Made by a program: the position numbers and the translations under genes. The notes beneath the pieces are model-generated. The model had not been told where the DNA came from. It worked only from the letters and a program-made list of their open reading frames with translations, and ran no database searches. Of a DNA stretch of 64,000 nt, positions 52,234 through 64,000 are shown one piece after another. The DNA is from Magallana gigas (Eukaryota): the NCBI RefSeq assembly GCF_963853765.1, contig NC_088858.1:25854001-25918000 (forward strand). Direction: 5' to 3'. How positions within the stretch are numbered: the stretch's first letter is position 1; each line of letters begins with the position of its first letter.

Positions 52234-53117
52234 TACACAAAGAATTCTTAGCCTAAGGGGATTCAAAGTTATGAAAATTAAGGACCACGCCCTTTTGCAA
52301 AGGGAGATAATTAGGAATTATTTGAAAAGCATGACCCTCGGGGGTTCAGTGGGGCTACAAGGGGGAAAATCTTAAAAAATCTTCTTCTCAAGAACCATTT
52401 GGCAAGGAAAGTTGCAACTTGTTTAGAAGCATCGTTTTGTAGTGAGATTTCGTTTTTATTCAAATCATTATTCGGGGGGGGGGGGGGGGGGGGGGTCACA
52501 AGGGGGGAGACAAATTTCTACATAGGAATTTATAGAAAAATATCTTTAAATCTTTTTTCTAAAAAAAAAAACATTTGCCGAGAAAAGCTGTAACTTTAGT
52601 GAAAGCAACTTCAGATAATGTAGATTCAAATTTGTTCAAATCAAAATCTTTAGGAGTAGTGTTGGGGCCTCATTGGGGATCATTCTCAATTGTACAAAGG
52701 AAAACATTTTAATTATTCACAAAAAATGAAATGTTATTATATATGCTTTTACTTATATGCAAGCAATTTTATATATTGCTGATTCTTTAAAATTGTTTAA
52801 ACTTTGGCCCCTGAAAAATTATTGGGCCTCACAAGAGGTTCCGAGTTTGATGTAGGTTTATACTCTGTATATAAACAATTGTTAAGGGTCTTTTTGAGAA
52901 CTGCGGAGCTGAATGTAATATGACTATAAAATCATCCTGATAGAAAAGGGACTTGATTATAAATATTAGACTATCCAGGGGGAAACAGATTTTTTCGTAT
53001 AAGATCGGCATGTATTATACCACATTGTCCAGATATTTTGTATTATGGCTCCATGAAGCTGATTTTATCATGCCTTTTGTTGCTCAGGTGAGCGAGGTGG
53101 CCCATGAGCCTCTTGTT
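52096..53117 (+). mobile_element. Helentron-associated HINE in the last intron of copy B
   Basis: GTTCACCTGAGCTGAAAGCTCAAGTGAGC, (GTCT)n, satellite-like units, then GCTCAGGTGAGC...GGCCCATGAGCCTCTTGTT. Confidence 0.85.
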
Positions 53118-55734
53118 TTAAATAAGTGTTAATTGACCTTGTTTTTTTACCTTTTTTTATTTTACAAAAAATGTTGACACAAAGGTATTAATTGTATTAT
53201 AATTAATAATTTTATATAACAGAGCATTGAGTTATCAACCAGGTAAATTTAATCATGTGATTTTTTTCTCTTAGAAGTAATCCGTTATACTATAACACTG
53301 AGCCTGTCAAAAACGGATGCCCACCAATGAACACGTACGAAGATATGTACAGCAGACCTTTCTCACCTCCTCCACCCTACCAAGACAACCGTAAAACTGG
53401 TCGTCCCAGCAGCTCATCTAGCATCAGGGCCACTTTCGATGAGACCAAATCCAATCACAGCTTTAATTTTGACATTTTCAGTGTTGACTCAAAAAGAAAA
53501 AATCTTTGATGGCAACTTATTAAAGCTTAATTTACAAGAGAGTTTTAAAAGTTTGATAGTGCGTTGTAATTAATATTCATAAAACTTTACCGAATCTGTA
53601 ATTTTGGTTTCAATAAGTGTGACATATTTCAAGTTTCGTTACTTGCAAAGTGTTGTTACTTAACGGAACAATAGAGTAGATGTTGTCAGTTAACAAAAGG
53701 TTTTGAGCATGTTTTTATTTGTTAATAATATAATATTTTTGAACATTATTTCTTTTGTCCAGTTTTACTGTCTTGTTAACAATATTGATGCATCCATATT
53801 TTTTTTCACGTTTTTAATAATCTGTTTTATTATTATTGAACTGATTAAAACTTTCTAACACAATCCTTTATATTTATCTTTATGTACATTTACATTCTTG
53901 CTTGAGTGTTTTTACGTATACAATAAACAATAAAAAAAATTATGCATGAAACAAACTATTTATCATTGAATGACAAAATACCTTTCAAAGCAGACTAGAC
54001 GTTGTCCAAGTTGCAAAAAACAACGTTTAGTGCAGGTTTTTTTAATGAGCAAACATAGCTGTTTGTATTCATCTGTGGAAACAGTGTTAATATTGGTTCA
54101 GTCATGTCTACAGAAAAATGTCAAATGGCACATTAAAGGTAGTCCATCTTCCAAATTTTTTGGTGGCTCTTTTGAAAGATGTCTCGATTTTCGAATGAAA
54201 TAGCATGCTTGCAAACTATATGTAGACGTATATTAGCTCAGACCCACCTCTTCAAATACCTTGCAGATTGTTGATTTGGAGAATTGCATAATTTGTGAAA
54301 TATTGATAAAATGACAAATAAATAACTTAAGGAATTATTTTAAACGTCGGAATATTTTTATTTTAATGCTGAAATTTAAAAATATATATATAAATATATA
54401 AAAATATAGCACCAAAAAGTAGTATCTAAGCAAGGAGAGGTATTCAACGATTTTGTGTTTAGAAAATATCAAATTTAAACAAATTATTTTTATATCATAA
54501 AGGGTGAAGAAGCATGGAACGGCTTATAAAACCAGTCTTGAGAGTTAAGATAAAATGAAGTGGTGCAAGGAATGGATTCTAAAACAATTTGCTAACCAGA
54601 GATAGAAAGAGAGAGATTAAAGGAGCGTCATTACTTATAAAATGGCGAATAAATTATAAGGTCCATTTTATCCAAAATCGATGTCACTTAGTTTTTGGTT
54701 ATACATGTATATAGATTTAGGAATAAGATGTCAAAACATCAAAGATAGTTAAGCTTTATTGAAGATTTAAGAATGCGCGTAGCGCATTGATTAAAAAGTT
54801 TTCGGTCAATTTTTCCTTGATACGTCGATCAATAAAAAAAATTATTAAATTCATTTCTTACATGTATCATTTAATAAAACATTTTTAAATCATAAACAGT
54901 GAATTGTCATCGATCAAAAATGTAAATAATGTAAATGCCAATTATCTAATCAAACGAATAAATATAAAATGATTTTGAAATACAGCCCCGAGAAACATTG
55001 AAATTTTAATATTCTAATAAAAAATGCCTAATATTTCGTGAAATTAACATAGGCCCTAATTTTGTTGGTAAACAAACGGTAAAAACGATGGTATTTTCGG
55101 GTGGCGAATAATAAGGATTGAATGGTGTGTCGTGGTAGGTGCTGGCACGATAAAGAACCTTTTCAGTGCAAAGTCAGAAGTCAAGGGAGTCGAGGTACTT
55201 AAATAATGGCGTGATTAATAACATCAAATTTATTCTATTCTACATCATGTATGCATCAAGCCAATCATTTATCTTGGCTAGTTTTGACATAACGAATTAA
55301 TATTTTAATATAAGGACATCGTTGTCAACGACCAAGGACATTTCAACAATTTTGAAAAGTCTTCATAGTTGCATACATAGTATATACAAATAATAGTCTT
55401 AATTTATTTGCTAGTGTAAACTAATTAAACGTTTATATTTACTGTGGTCTAAAAGAAAGTTTTTCGGCTCTCTGGCAGTACCTGCTTTTTTCCTAACTTC
55501 TCTCTTGCTATATGAGCTCCTCCTTGCAAAGGGGGGAGGTTTTGAAATGGCGAATAAATATTATATATATTTGAGACCCAAGAACGCGTGAAAACTGCCC
55601 TCGAGGAACCTTAAATTTCCTAATCAAAATATGCAAAATGTTCTCGGAATTAAACATAGGTTGTAATTTTCCTGATAGAATATTGGTACAGGGTGTGACC
55701 GTGTTTTATATTCGTCCTCAGTTGTAATGTTAAA

Positions 55735-56077
55735 GTTTGATGGACCCCACTAAAAACCAGACGATAGAATTTAGTATATAATGTAGAAAATGATATTACT
55801 AATCACATATTACAATTTGAGAAAAAAAAGCTATGTAGCATTTTTTAAATCTGCTTCGAATTGCGGAAAATGTCAGTTTCCTGTATACATGTATCTCTAT
55901 TATAATAGTAAATGTACCTGTATTTTAAGATGGACCCTTAAAAGAACCAGACAGTCGATTTTCTTAAAATTTCTCACATAAACCACAGTTGGTTTAAATT
56001 ACATATGTTTAAAAAATGAAGAGTTTTGCAATTGTAGTTTTTCCGAAAAAAAAACCCAACCCAAATCGGTCTCTTAA
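55735..56077. mobile_element. Partial copy of the TTAA MITE at 59643-60356
   Basis: CCCCACTAAAAACCAGACGATAGAATTTAGTAT... shared; ends TCGGTCTCTTAA. Confidence 0.7.
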
Positions 56078-56917
56078 AGCAAGAGCCATAAGATTGTGTC
56101 ATTTTGTAGACGTTAATTGTACACTTTACTAGAATTATAATTTCATCATATCACAAACGATACTAGCAAGTTAATTCTAAACTTTGTCAGAAAACACATG
56201 TTGGGTATAATTATTTAAGGCAATGTTTTTAATATTAAACAATATGTAGGCTATTTATTTAAAGTAAAAGGTGGTGAGAGGGAAGGTAACATAAATAATT
56301 CTAATCTACTTCAACCTTGCACAAAAAATTTGATGCTATGCACTTTTTCAACATAAAGTCGGTGGTAATGAATAAGTTACTGCAATCATGAACTATAGTA
56401 CTTTGCAAGTTATATACTGCGAAGCAATTAAGGTATAAAAGTTGGAATTCAATATGGTATTCAGGTCAATCAAACAGGGCACACACTGTGTTGACAAAAA
56501 TAGTCTTAAATTACTCTATGTGCATAAACTTTGGAAAAGGATGTGGGGAAATATAGATCACTCGCAATTTAATTTTCTGCCAACTTGATCCCTTTATCTG
56601 ATTTAACAATTAAATGAAGAAAGTAATATGTTTAAAGGTATTAAACCCCATTATTCATAAACCAGAGAGAGAGAGAAAGAGAGAGAGAGAAACATACAGT
56701 GTCACCGGTGACATAAATTAAAAAACGACCTAGTATCTGGACTTGCTCCATATGTCATAAGTAAAAATATTAGCTTATTTTTGCGACGCAGATTTGTGAA
56801 CTAAATGATGCCTTTGCATGTTTATTTGTGATAATAATTAATTGAACAATCTGTTTCGTGTCATTCACACGTGCACATACAGAAATTTCTCTCATTTTAC
56901 TTTCAGCTGGAAATTCA

Positions 56918-59900
56918 ATGGTGCACCATCTGGTTGAATTTTTAATAATGGTTTGTTTTCTATTTGTAAATGATTGATGCAAACTCATATGGTTTTTAAA
57001 TCATTCGATCGTATTTTTAGTAACGTTTCAATTCAAATATAACAACAATAACCTTTAGAGAACACATTTCTTTTATCGCATTCTTTAAATCGTTTTTTTT
57101 TTCAACATTTCCACAGTGCATTCCATTTCTTTTTCCAAAGGCTTTTCGTGTTTGCACTGTATTGGTGTTAATAACCCTATTCTGGAATGGTGAAAAAGCA
57201 ATGGGAAGGTAAAAAAATTAAATTATTTCAAAGTTGTTTTTTTTTTTAAAATACAAATGAAAGGAAGGAAGGCGTTGGATTTTTAAGAAAAAATGAGGAA
57301 AAATGATTTATCCGATAAAAACATTTCAAATATATCAAATTACATTATTAATTAGATGCACATTATAAAAGTCAAATTGTTGGCTTTACAGTGATATAAT
57401 AGCAGTCTTTCCGAAGATTTTCCGACCAGGGTCACCATTGATAGTATCCTGTAATTTATTAAAAAGTGGGCAGAAAACTGTAAATCTAACTCTGTCGAGA
57501 AATGGAGTAGATGTTCTTCAAAACTCCTCTGTGGTAACATTTGGCAAGTATTACAAAACAACAACAGATTGCTAGAAATTAATGTTTTGTTAATGTTTTC
57601 GTTAAATTTAGAATTATGTTTAAAAGTGTATGATCGATGTTTTTCCTAATTTTATTCCAGGAAAGCAGAGTTATGTCATTATAGATGTAAGTACATGTAT
57701 GCACTTTAGTTTTATTTAATACACAAATATTTTTAGAAGACTAGTAATCTTACATCTTGCATTTTCAAATCAATTACAATTGTACAGATAAGAAAATAAA
57801 GTAGATAAATGGTACAATGTATTTTTAGCAATTATATTTAGTCGGCTTATCGACAATGTAGGCGAATTTTGCAGATCAAAAAATCTTTAGAATTACTTTC
57901 ACAGCTTTACAAAACTTCCATAAACTTCCCTAAATCTTGATTTAAAAATTGTCATTGGTTTCATGCTTACTTGTTATACACATGCTGTCATCAACATTAG
58001 AATTTATAAAAAGAAAATGTTACGATTTTGACTTAGTACTCCATATATCAAATGCTGCATATTTAATTACTGAACGTAGTTACAATATCAAATACGTAAT
58101 ATATCTACACAAATGATTGCATTAAAGGGGTGCAATGAAATTAAATGACAAAAATTATAACAAAAGTAATATGTTAGCTATAGCGGACATCTGTGTTGAG
58201 CTTTGAAGGATAGAACATACTTGTTTCTGTTATGGGCAAAATCAATGTCACATATATTTATCTGTAGTAATATAGATATTAATATCACATTTATGCAATT
58301 AAGGTGCCAACAAATTTGACATTCTCTGACATTAATATGGCGAAACTCAAGTACAGTGGAGGATCAATATGGTCACCTCTTCAGTTTGATCCAGTCACGA
58401 CTCTAGTTTTTATACAAACCGATAGGAAAATGTATGCCGAAAAAGAAGAAGGTGAATCTAGCATATCTGGTAAATTTTTCGTGTAAATCATATTTTCTTG
58501 ATTACGTAAGATTTCATCAATGGTTTTTTTTCTGTTTTAGTAAAACTACGAATAGTTGTACTCCTGCCAAGCTTAAAGCCTTACACTGGACAGTTCAACG
58601 TGGAAATAATTGTACGTGTAGTCTTTAAGTATTTTTCTTACATTAAATATTTACAAAGGTTTAGAAGTAAGACTAAATAAAACCTTTCTTTCCAAGGATG
58701 GTAAAAATAAGACAGTGCAGCAATGGTTAGACGTTCGTGGAACAAAGGGAGTATACAGTAAAACATTTCCCATACCAAGAGACTCAAATCATGGACAATG
58801 GCGTATTGTCGTTGAAAGCTTGGTATTATAAATTGTAAATTTCTATGTTTTAAAACTAAATTCATTTTTTTGTTTAGACTTGTTTTACTATTGAAGATAA
58901 ATATAAATCATTTTTAACATTTTTTTTCTTCAGAAAATTAAAACTGAAAAACAATTTGAAGTTCGAGAATATGGTGAGTTCTATAAATTAATCTATTAGA
59001 TATTTAGCAAAATTAAGCTACAGTTACTTTCATTGATTTTAGAGATATAGATATATTTGTTCGTTTTGTTTGTACTGTTGATAATATAAACCATATTTCC
59101 TCTCAATATAAAATGGAGTGTTTATTTATACTCGGGTTTTTATTATTAAGATATTTGCCTCAGATCCTAATTTTATGTTGATACAGCAATTCCATTTTAG
59201 GTCTAAGAATACTCTAATTTCATATTTGTATATTCAGTGATTCCAAAATTTAAAGTTCAGCTCATCTGCCCACAATTCTACACTAGAGCAACGAGACAGC
59301 TTAGATGTACAGTGAAAGCAAGGTGTGGTTGGTTGTTATTTGAAAAAAAATCTTTAAAAGTCTTATGTCGTCCCGTTTCTTTGCATTCAAAGTTCGAAAG
59401 TATCCAGGGGAGTTAGTTTATTCAAAGTCCATTCCGTTTTCTTTCTTTCTTGAATCCGGAAAATTAGAGTTTAAATTGTTGAAATATTACGTGTGGCTGT
59501 TAAAGTTAAAAATAAAATTCCAAACAGGGTCTATTGGGTAGAATATTAGCATTAACAATTATAAATAAAAAAATTCGTAAAAGGAAAGAAAATATCGAAA
59601 CATATTTTAAACAATAAATTCAATGTTATACATTCCCGTTAAGGAGGCCGACTTTAGTTTTTTGGCGCATTCTGATATAATACAGTTGAATTATACATCT
59701 TATGAGATTTTTCGATTTCATTTATAAAATTAAACACAATAAATAAAATACAGATACAATTATTTATATTTTTTAAGGAAATTTTTATTTTTTAAACCAT
59801 TTCTTCGTTGTGGGGTAGGGGAGCGTTGTGAATACGCTTTTCTGACGTTATGATAAAATGAAGCTTTATAGGAGTACGTTATAAGAAATAGCATAAAAGA

Positions 59901-62900
59901 AAAAGTAAAAATTGTACGCCGTTGAAATTTTATATACAGAATGATGCTATTATCGAGGACATTCTCCTTATTTTTTTAATGAATCCATTTTACCAATCTT
60001 CATTCGTAATTATCCAAATGTATAGCAAAATTTGGTGCATTTTAATATTTTGAGATGGTCCCCACTAAAAACCAGACGATAGAATTTAGTATTTTTTTAC
60101 ATATAAGGTAGGAAATGATTTTACTTATTATATATAACAATTTGAGAAAAAAAAGGTTTTGTAGTATTTTTTAATCTGCTTTGATGTGCAGAAAATGACA
60201 TTTTCTATATATTCCTATAGTAAATGTACCTCTACTTTGAGATGGATTTTTTTGAAACTTCGCAAATAAACTAGAGCTGGTTTAAGTTACATATGGTTAA
60301 AAATAAAAGTTTTGCTTTTGTAGTTTTTTCCGCATAAAAAACCCAAATCGGCCCCCTTAAGTATGACAGGAACGGTAATAATGATCAACAATTTTAAATA
60401 TCGAGCTTTTTCATTCATCTATCCTCATTTAGAACTACGAGGAGATGATAATTTTTCAATTAGACATTTTTGTCCAGATACTTACATGTATGTATTTTCG
60501 TGACTTTTAAAATTGAAATATTAAAGACAAAGAACATTTCAACAAGAGGCCCACAGGCCTTATCGGCCACAATTTCATTTTTCAAACTGGATAGGGCATG
60601 AATTTCACAGTTTAGGTTGAGAGATTCATGGACGTTATAATCATTTCCAGAAGAGAAAAGTGTTAAATTTTTATTAACGCACGACTACGGAGTAAGACCA
60701 ATTGCAATAGGTCACCTGAATATCTAAGGTGACCTGAAAACCTATTTGAAAAAAAAACAATTTGCAAGTCTTGTCAAAACACAAATAATCTTAACTTTTT
60801 GTGTCATAAAGAAAAGGATGTTCGAAACAGCTGATGTAAAGAAATTACAAGATTGTTTAAATAAAACAAATGAACTAAATGCCGTTTACGCGAGCAATGT
60901 AGGCAATTGGTTTCATGCTTTTTAATTGAACTGTATTTAAAGATAATTAAAAAATCAATTGATATTTGGTTAACTTTAGGTATTTTTTCGGAAACCCAGT
61001 TACCGGTGTGATTCATCTTCAATTTGTGACGAGAACAAATGGTGCCGATTTATTTTTATCTGATGACTACGCAGATGTAAGTATCATTTTTTCGTCTCGG
61101 ATATGTCATCTGTCAGTAGACGTTCAGCAAAAAATAAATAACTCCCCGTTGTCCATCAATACGCCTGGCAAATAGCTGATTAAAGAATCAAATTATACTT
61201 AACATATTCTTTAGAAAATTTCTTTGCCAATTTTATCTTGGAATATAACATAATTGGGATTTGTGACTTTCGCTATTTAGGACGTTACGAGTTGGCATCA
61301 TTGTTTAAGTTTCGAACGTGTTATCTTCTTCGGAAAACTATAAACATAGAGTTTATTTACAGGATTTTCCTTGTTTTATAATAAATCACGTTATTTTTAT
61401 ACCAAAGAGAAAACGAATTTCTTGAGTTTTTCCAGATTAAAATACCGATATAAAAACGAAGTAATGAAACTGTCCTACTGTAAATTAGTACGTGATAACA
61501 CTAAATTGATGGTGAGAATTCTGTCACGTATTTGTATTTGCCAAGGGTCGGGAACAAAAAACACACAAGTTGGATAAAAATCATATAGCATCGCAAATTA
61601 TGAGAGATCCTGTATTTATCTTTTTAAGCTAAACATCAGCTCTCATTATTATACATGTATGCTCATAATCATTGTGATATATTGTCATTCAATCTGTCTT
61701 ACTCAAAACAGGTTTGCATTAAATTAAGTGAAGTGACCGTTAAGGACCATCATCCTTATGCTTTAATTGTATGTTGAATTTTTAACGTTTAATGCAGGTT
61801 ATTGGAGAATTTTCCAAATCAACACCTTTAAATTTGAGCCAAATAATTTACAAAAATGACATCGAGGTCCTTGCTACTGTCAGCGATCCTTCGACAGGGT
61901 CGACTGTTGCTAACTTTGCAGTCGTAAAGCTTAAACGCGATGAAAAAATGGTGTGGACAATAGAACCAAAGCGGAATAATTTCCAACCTGGTTTACCATT
62001 TACAACATTTGTAAGTATTTTGTATGTAATCTATAATTATTATACATTTTCTTTAGTAGGTAAAGTAATGCATATTTTAAACGCCATATTGATGTGAAAT
62101 TTCTTATTGCCATGGAGGGACACACATAAACTGATTCTTGTCTTCAAAATGTTCAATATATAAATCATACAAATTAAAATTTCAGGTCAATGTTTTGCAT
62201 TTTCAGCTGAAGTTTCGGAGTTTAAAATCATCTAATATACTGGTGGAAATTGATGTGACTGAAACAAATCTAAAGATATGCCTCAATGCGTACAAATATG
62301 CGGTTGTGTCTAAAAAACGAATATCTCAAACGTTAAATATTGACAGCCAAGGTTTTGCAAAGTTATCTTTGACACTGTCGTCATATGCCTCAGCATTGGA
62401 CATTATGGTTTGTTCTGGTTACTTATTTTGTATGTTAAATGCAAAATACATATCATACATATATATCAATTACCAACCTACTTTTGCAAATTGTCTGTTA
62501 CTTTGAATACTAGTATTCCTCTGATCATATACACATGTTCTTCCATGCATTAAGTTTTTACTCTTACAATGTACTAAATAAGTAATACACGTTAAACCAT
62601 TTACAAAGTGTTTGCTTTCTATGGGGATGTGCTTTTGACATTATAAATATATACTCATATTTTTTTATTTTAAAAATGCTTTTAAGTTTGTGTGATCGTA
62701 AATTTTCATTTAGATTGATAAAATGTCACCTTTTTAGACTTATCAAGGGGCTGACAAAGCATTGGAAACATTGCATGTCTCGCAAAGAAACAGAGGACTT
62801 GTCGTGCTCCCAAAAAAACCTTATAGTGTGGTATAGTCTTAATTCACTTTGAAGATCTGCATTACAACTAACGATAAAATGAGATTATATTAATACATGA

Positions 62901-63637
62901 TAGCATTTACAGAAAAAAGTCTTACTACAGGAAGTATTTTCCTCTCTTTCATATTTAAGGTTGGAGAAAGTTCAACTTTTGAAATTATCACCACTGTAAA
63001 CGTTATAGCTCCTGTCTGGTATATAGTAAGTAACTTTATCAGAATTTTAACATTTTAAAGTTTAATAAAAAATGCAAATATTTTTTAAAAGCAGTTTTTA
63101 GCACAATGCAATTTAATATCAAATTAATGATGATATTAATATCAATTGGTATACAAGCCTTAAGGGTAGTTTTCCTAATCACATCAAGTGATCAGAAAAC
63201 ATCAAGCCCAGTGTAATTTGATATAAAAATGTTAACTTTAGTCAAAAAAAGTAAAACAAATTACTTTTATCATGTAACACAGAGACAATCCCTTTAAAAA
63301 ATCTCGTGTTATCTACATCATTTCATATTATAGTTTTCGCAACCGATATTTCTGGCTACATCCATTTCAAACAGTTATGATTTCATATCATGATATATAC
63401 ACCAACTTGTTTACATTTGTATACATTAGTATATTGTTATAGATTCTATCAAGAGGAACTGAAGTCAAGCATGGGCAATGTGGACAGGGAAAACATTTCA
63501 AGTTCACATGTTCGATTAATATTGAGCCAAATTTCTACCCTGGATTTCAACTTCTTTTCTACCATTCAACCAGTTATGGTCTGTTGAGAGAGGATTCAAT
63601 ATTCATGCCAGTCATAGGAAATCCCACGAACAACTTT
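56918..63637 (+). CDS. Alpha-2-macroglobulin/TEP/CD109-family protein, 5' part (signal peptide, MG1 to about MG5); continues beyond window
   Basis: Exons 56918-56950 (tentative start), 57141-57208, 57392-57543, 57661-57686, 58304-58451, 58541-58611, 58697-58822, 58934-58973, 59238-59322, 60980-61076, 61798-62010, 62186/62207-62407, 62738-62830, 62960-63025, 63443-63637 are phase-compatible. Motifs: FPKIFRPG, LVFIQTDRKMY, QQW...GVYS..F...HGQWRI, FEVREYVIPKFKV, YFFGNPVTG, FQPGLPF, ILSRG. Confidence 0.88.
59643..60356. mobile_element. TTAA-flanked MITE (Kolobok/piggyBac-like) in a TEP intron
   Basis: TTAA|GGAGGCCGA...TCGGCCCCC|TTAA. Confidence 0.75.
60541..60740 (-). mobile_element. Short Helentron-associated element
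   Basis: AACAAGAGGCCCACAGGCC hairpin end and GGTCACCTGAATATCTAAGGTGACC palindrome, reverse-oriented HINE ends. Confidence 0.6.
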
Positions 63638-63686
63638 GTAAGTTACAGAATGTAAAATTATAGATCCCCTTCAGGCATCCATATAG

Positions 63687-63996
63687 AAACAAGAGATGTT
63701 TGTGAAACACTTATGCCCCCTCCCTTGGAAACATCCACAAAGAAAATGAACATAAACTGCAAAAAACTGGAATTTTTCTACATCCAAGGGCAATAACTCT
63801 GTCGAAAATTGCTCGATCGTACCCAGTATCGAACTTGACCTAGATATTATCATGATAAACCTGTATACAAAATTCCATTCCAATATGTTTATCATCTGCG
63901 AAGAAAATGAACGAAAACTGTTAGTGGACCGACCGACTGACAGACAACAGCAAAGCAATATGCCCTCCCTTCTCCGAAGGGGGGGCATAATAAAAA
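63687..63996 (-). mobile_element. Helentron-associated element of a second family
   Basis: AAACAAGAGATGTTTG start, (GACC/GACA)n microsatellite, hairpin TATGCCCTCCCTTCTCCGAAGGGGGGGCATA. Confidence 0.65.
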
Positions 63997-64000
63997 GAAT

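Larger units (their letters stand above)
41188..53509 (+). pseudogene. VWDE-like copy B, type I membrane form, 17 exons; frameshifted in exon 3 as assembled (about 1159 aa if repaired)
   Basis: Exons 41188-41251, 41434-41634, 43023-43185 (163 nt vs 165 in A), 44023-44348, 44965-gap, 45262-45642, 46349-46498, 46577-46798, 47638-47852, 48814-49198, 49932-50087, 50288-50474, 50698-50885, 51046-51300, 51394-51550 (Ser/Thr stalk), 51923-52028 (TM MILIIVFAVLAVALIVAAIILFL), 53275-53509 (tail). All other visible exons are open. Confidence 0.78.

Noticed and set aside
53223-53242. 20-nt micro-exon before the tail exon of copy B
   Set aside because: It would leave a 32-nt intron and break the frame; direct splicing 52028-53275 is already in frame.
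19292-53509. Tandem pair as a haplotype assembly artefact
   Set aside because: The copies differ by many coding substitutions, in-frame indels and unalignable introns with different insertions, which is far beyond allelic divergence.

Overview
AT-rich, intron-rich animal genomic DNA. The Helentron-type repeats carrying ~160-170 bp satellite-like units point to a bivalve, probably an oyster (inference). In order: (1) a decayed BEL/Pao LTR retrotransposon (1-7105, 5' LTR cut by the window edge); (2) a 4-exon gene for a PAN/apple-like + F-type lectin protein with a canonical fucose-binding motif (10664-13086); (3) a tandem pair of D8C-Ig-like-VWD-EGF (VWDE-like) genes. Copy A (19292-34079) has a fully open 999-aa frame but stops at the end of the ectodomain and lacks the stalk and TM exons. 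Copy B (41188-53509) keeps stalk, TM and a tail with NPxY/YxxM/PPxY motifs, but has a 2-bp deletion in exon 3. (4) Between the copies lies a Ngaro-type tyrosine-recombinase retrotransposon on the minus strand, with RT deleted and an SGNH-hydrolase ORF; (5) the 5' part of an alpha-2-macroglobulin/TEP/CD109-family gene (56918 to the window end). Many MITEs, Helentron-associated elements and microsatellites are interspersed, with one 200-N gap. Exon models were built by hand from splice sites and reading-frame phase; none is transcript-validated.
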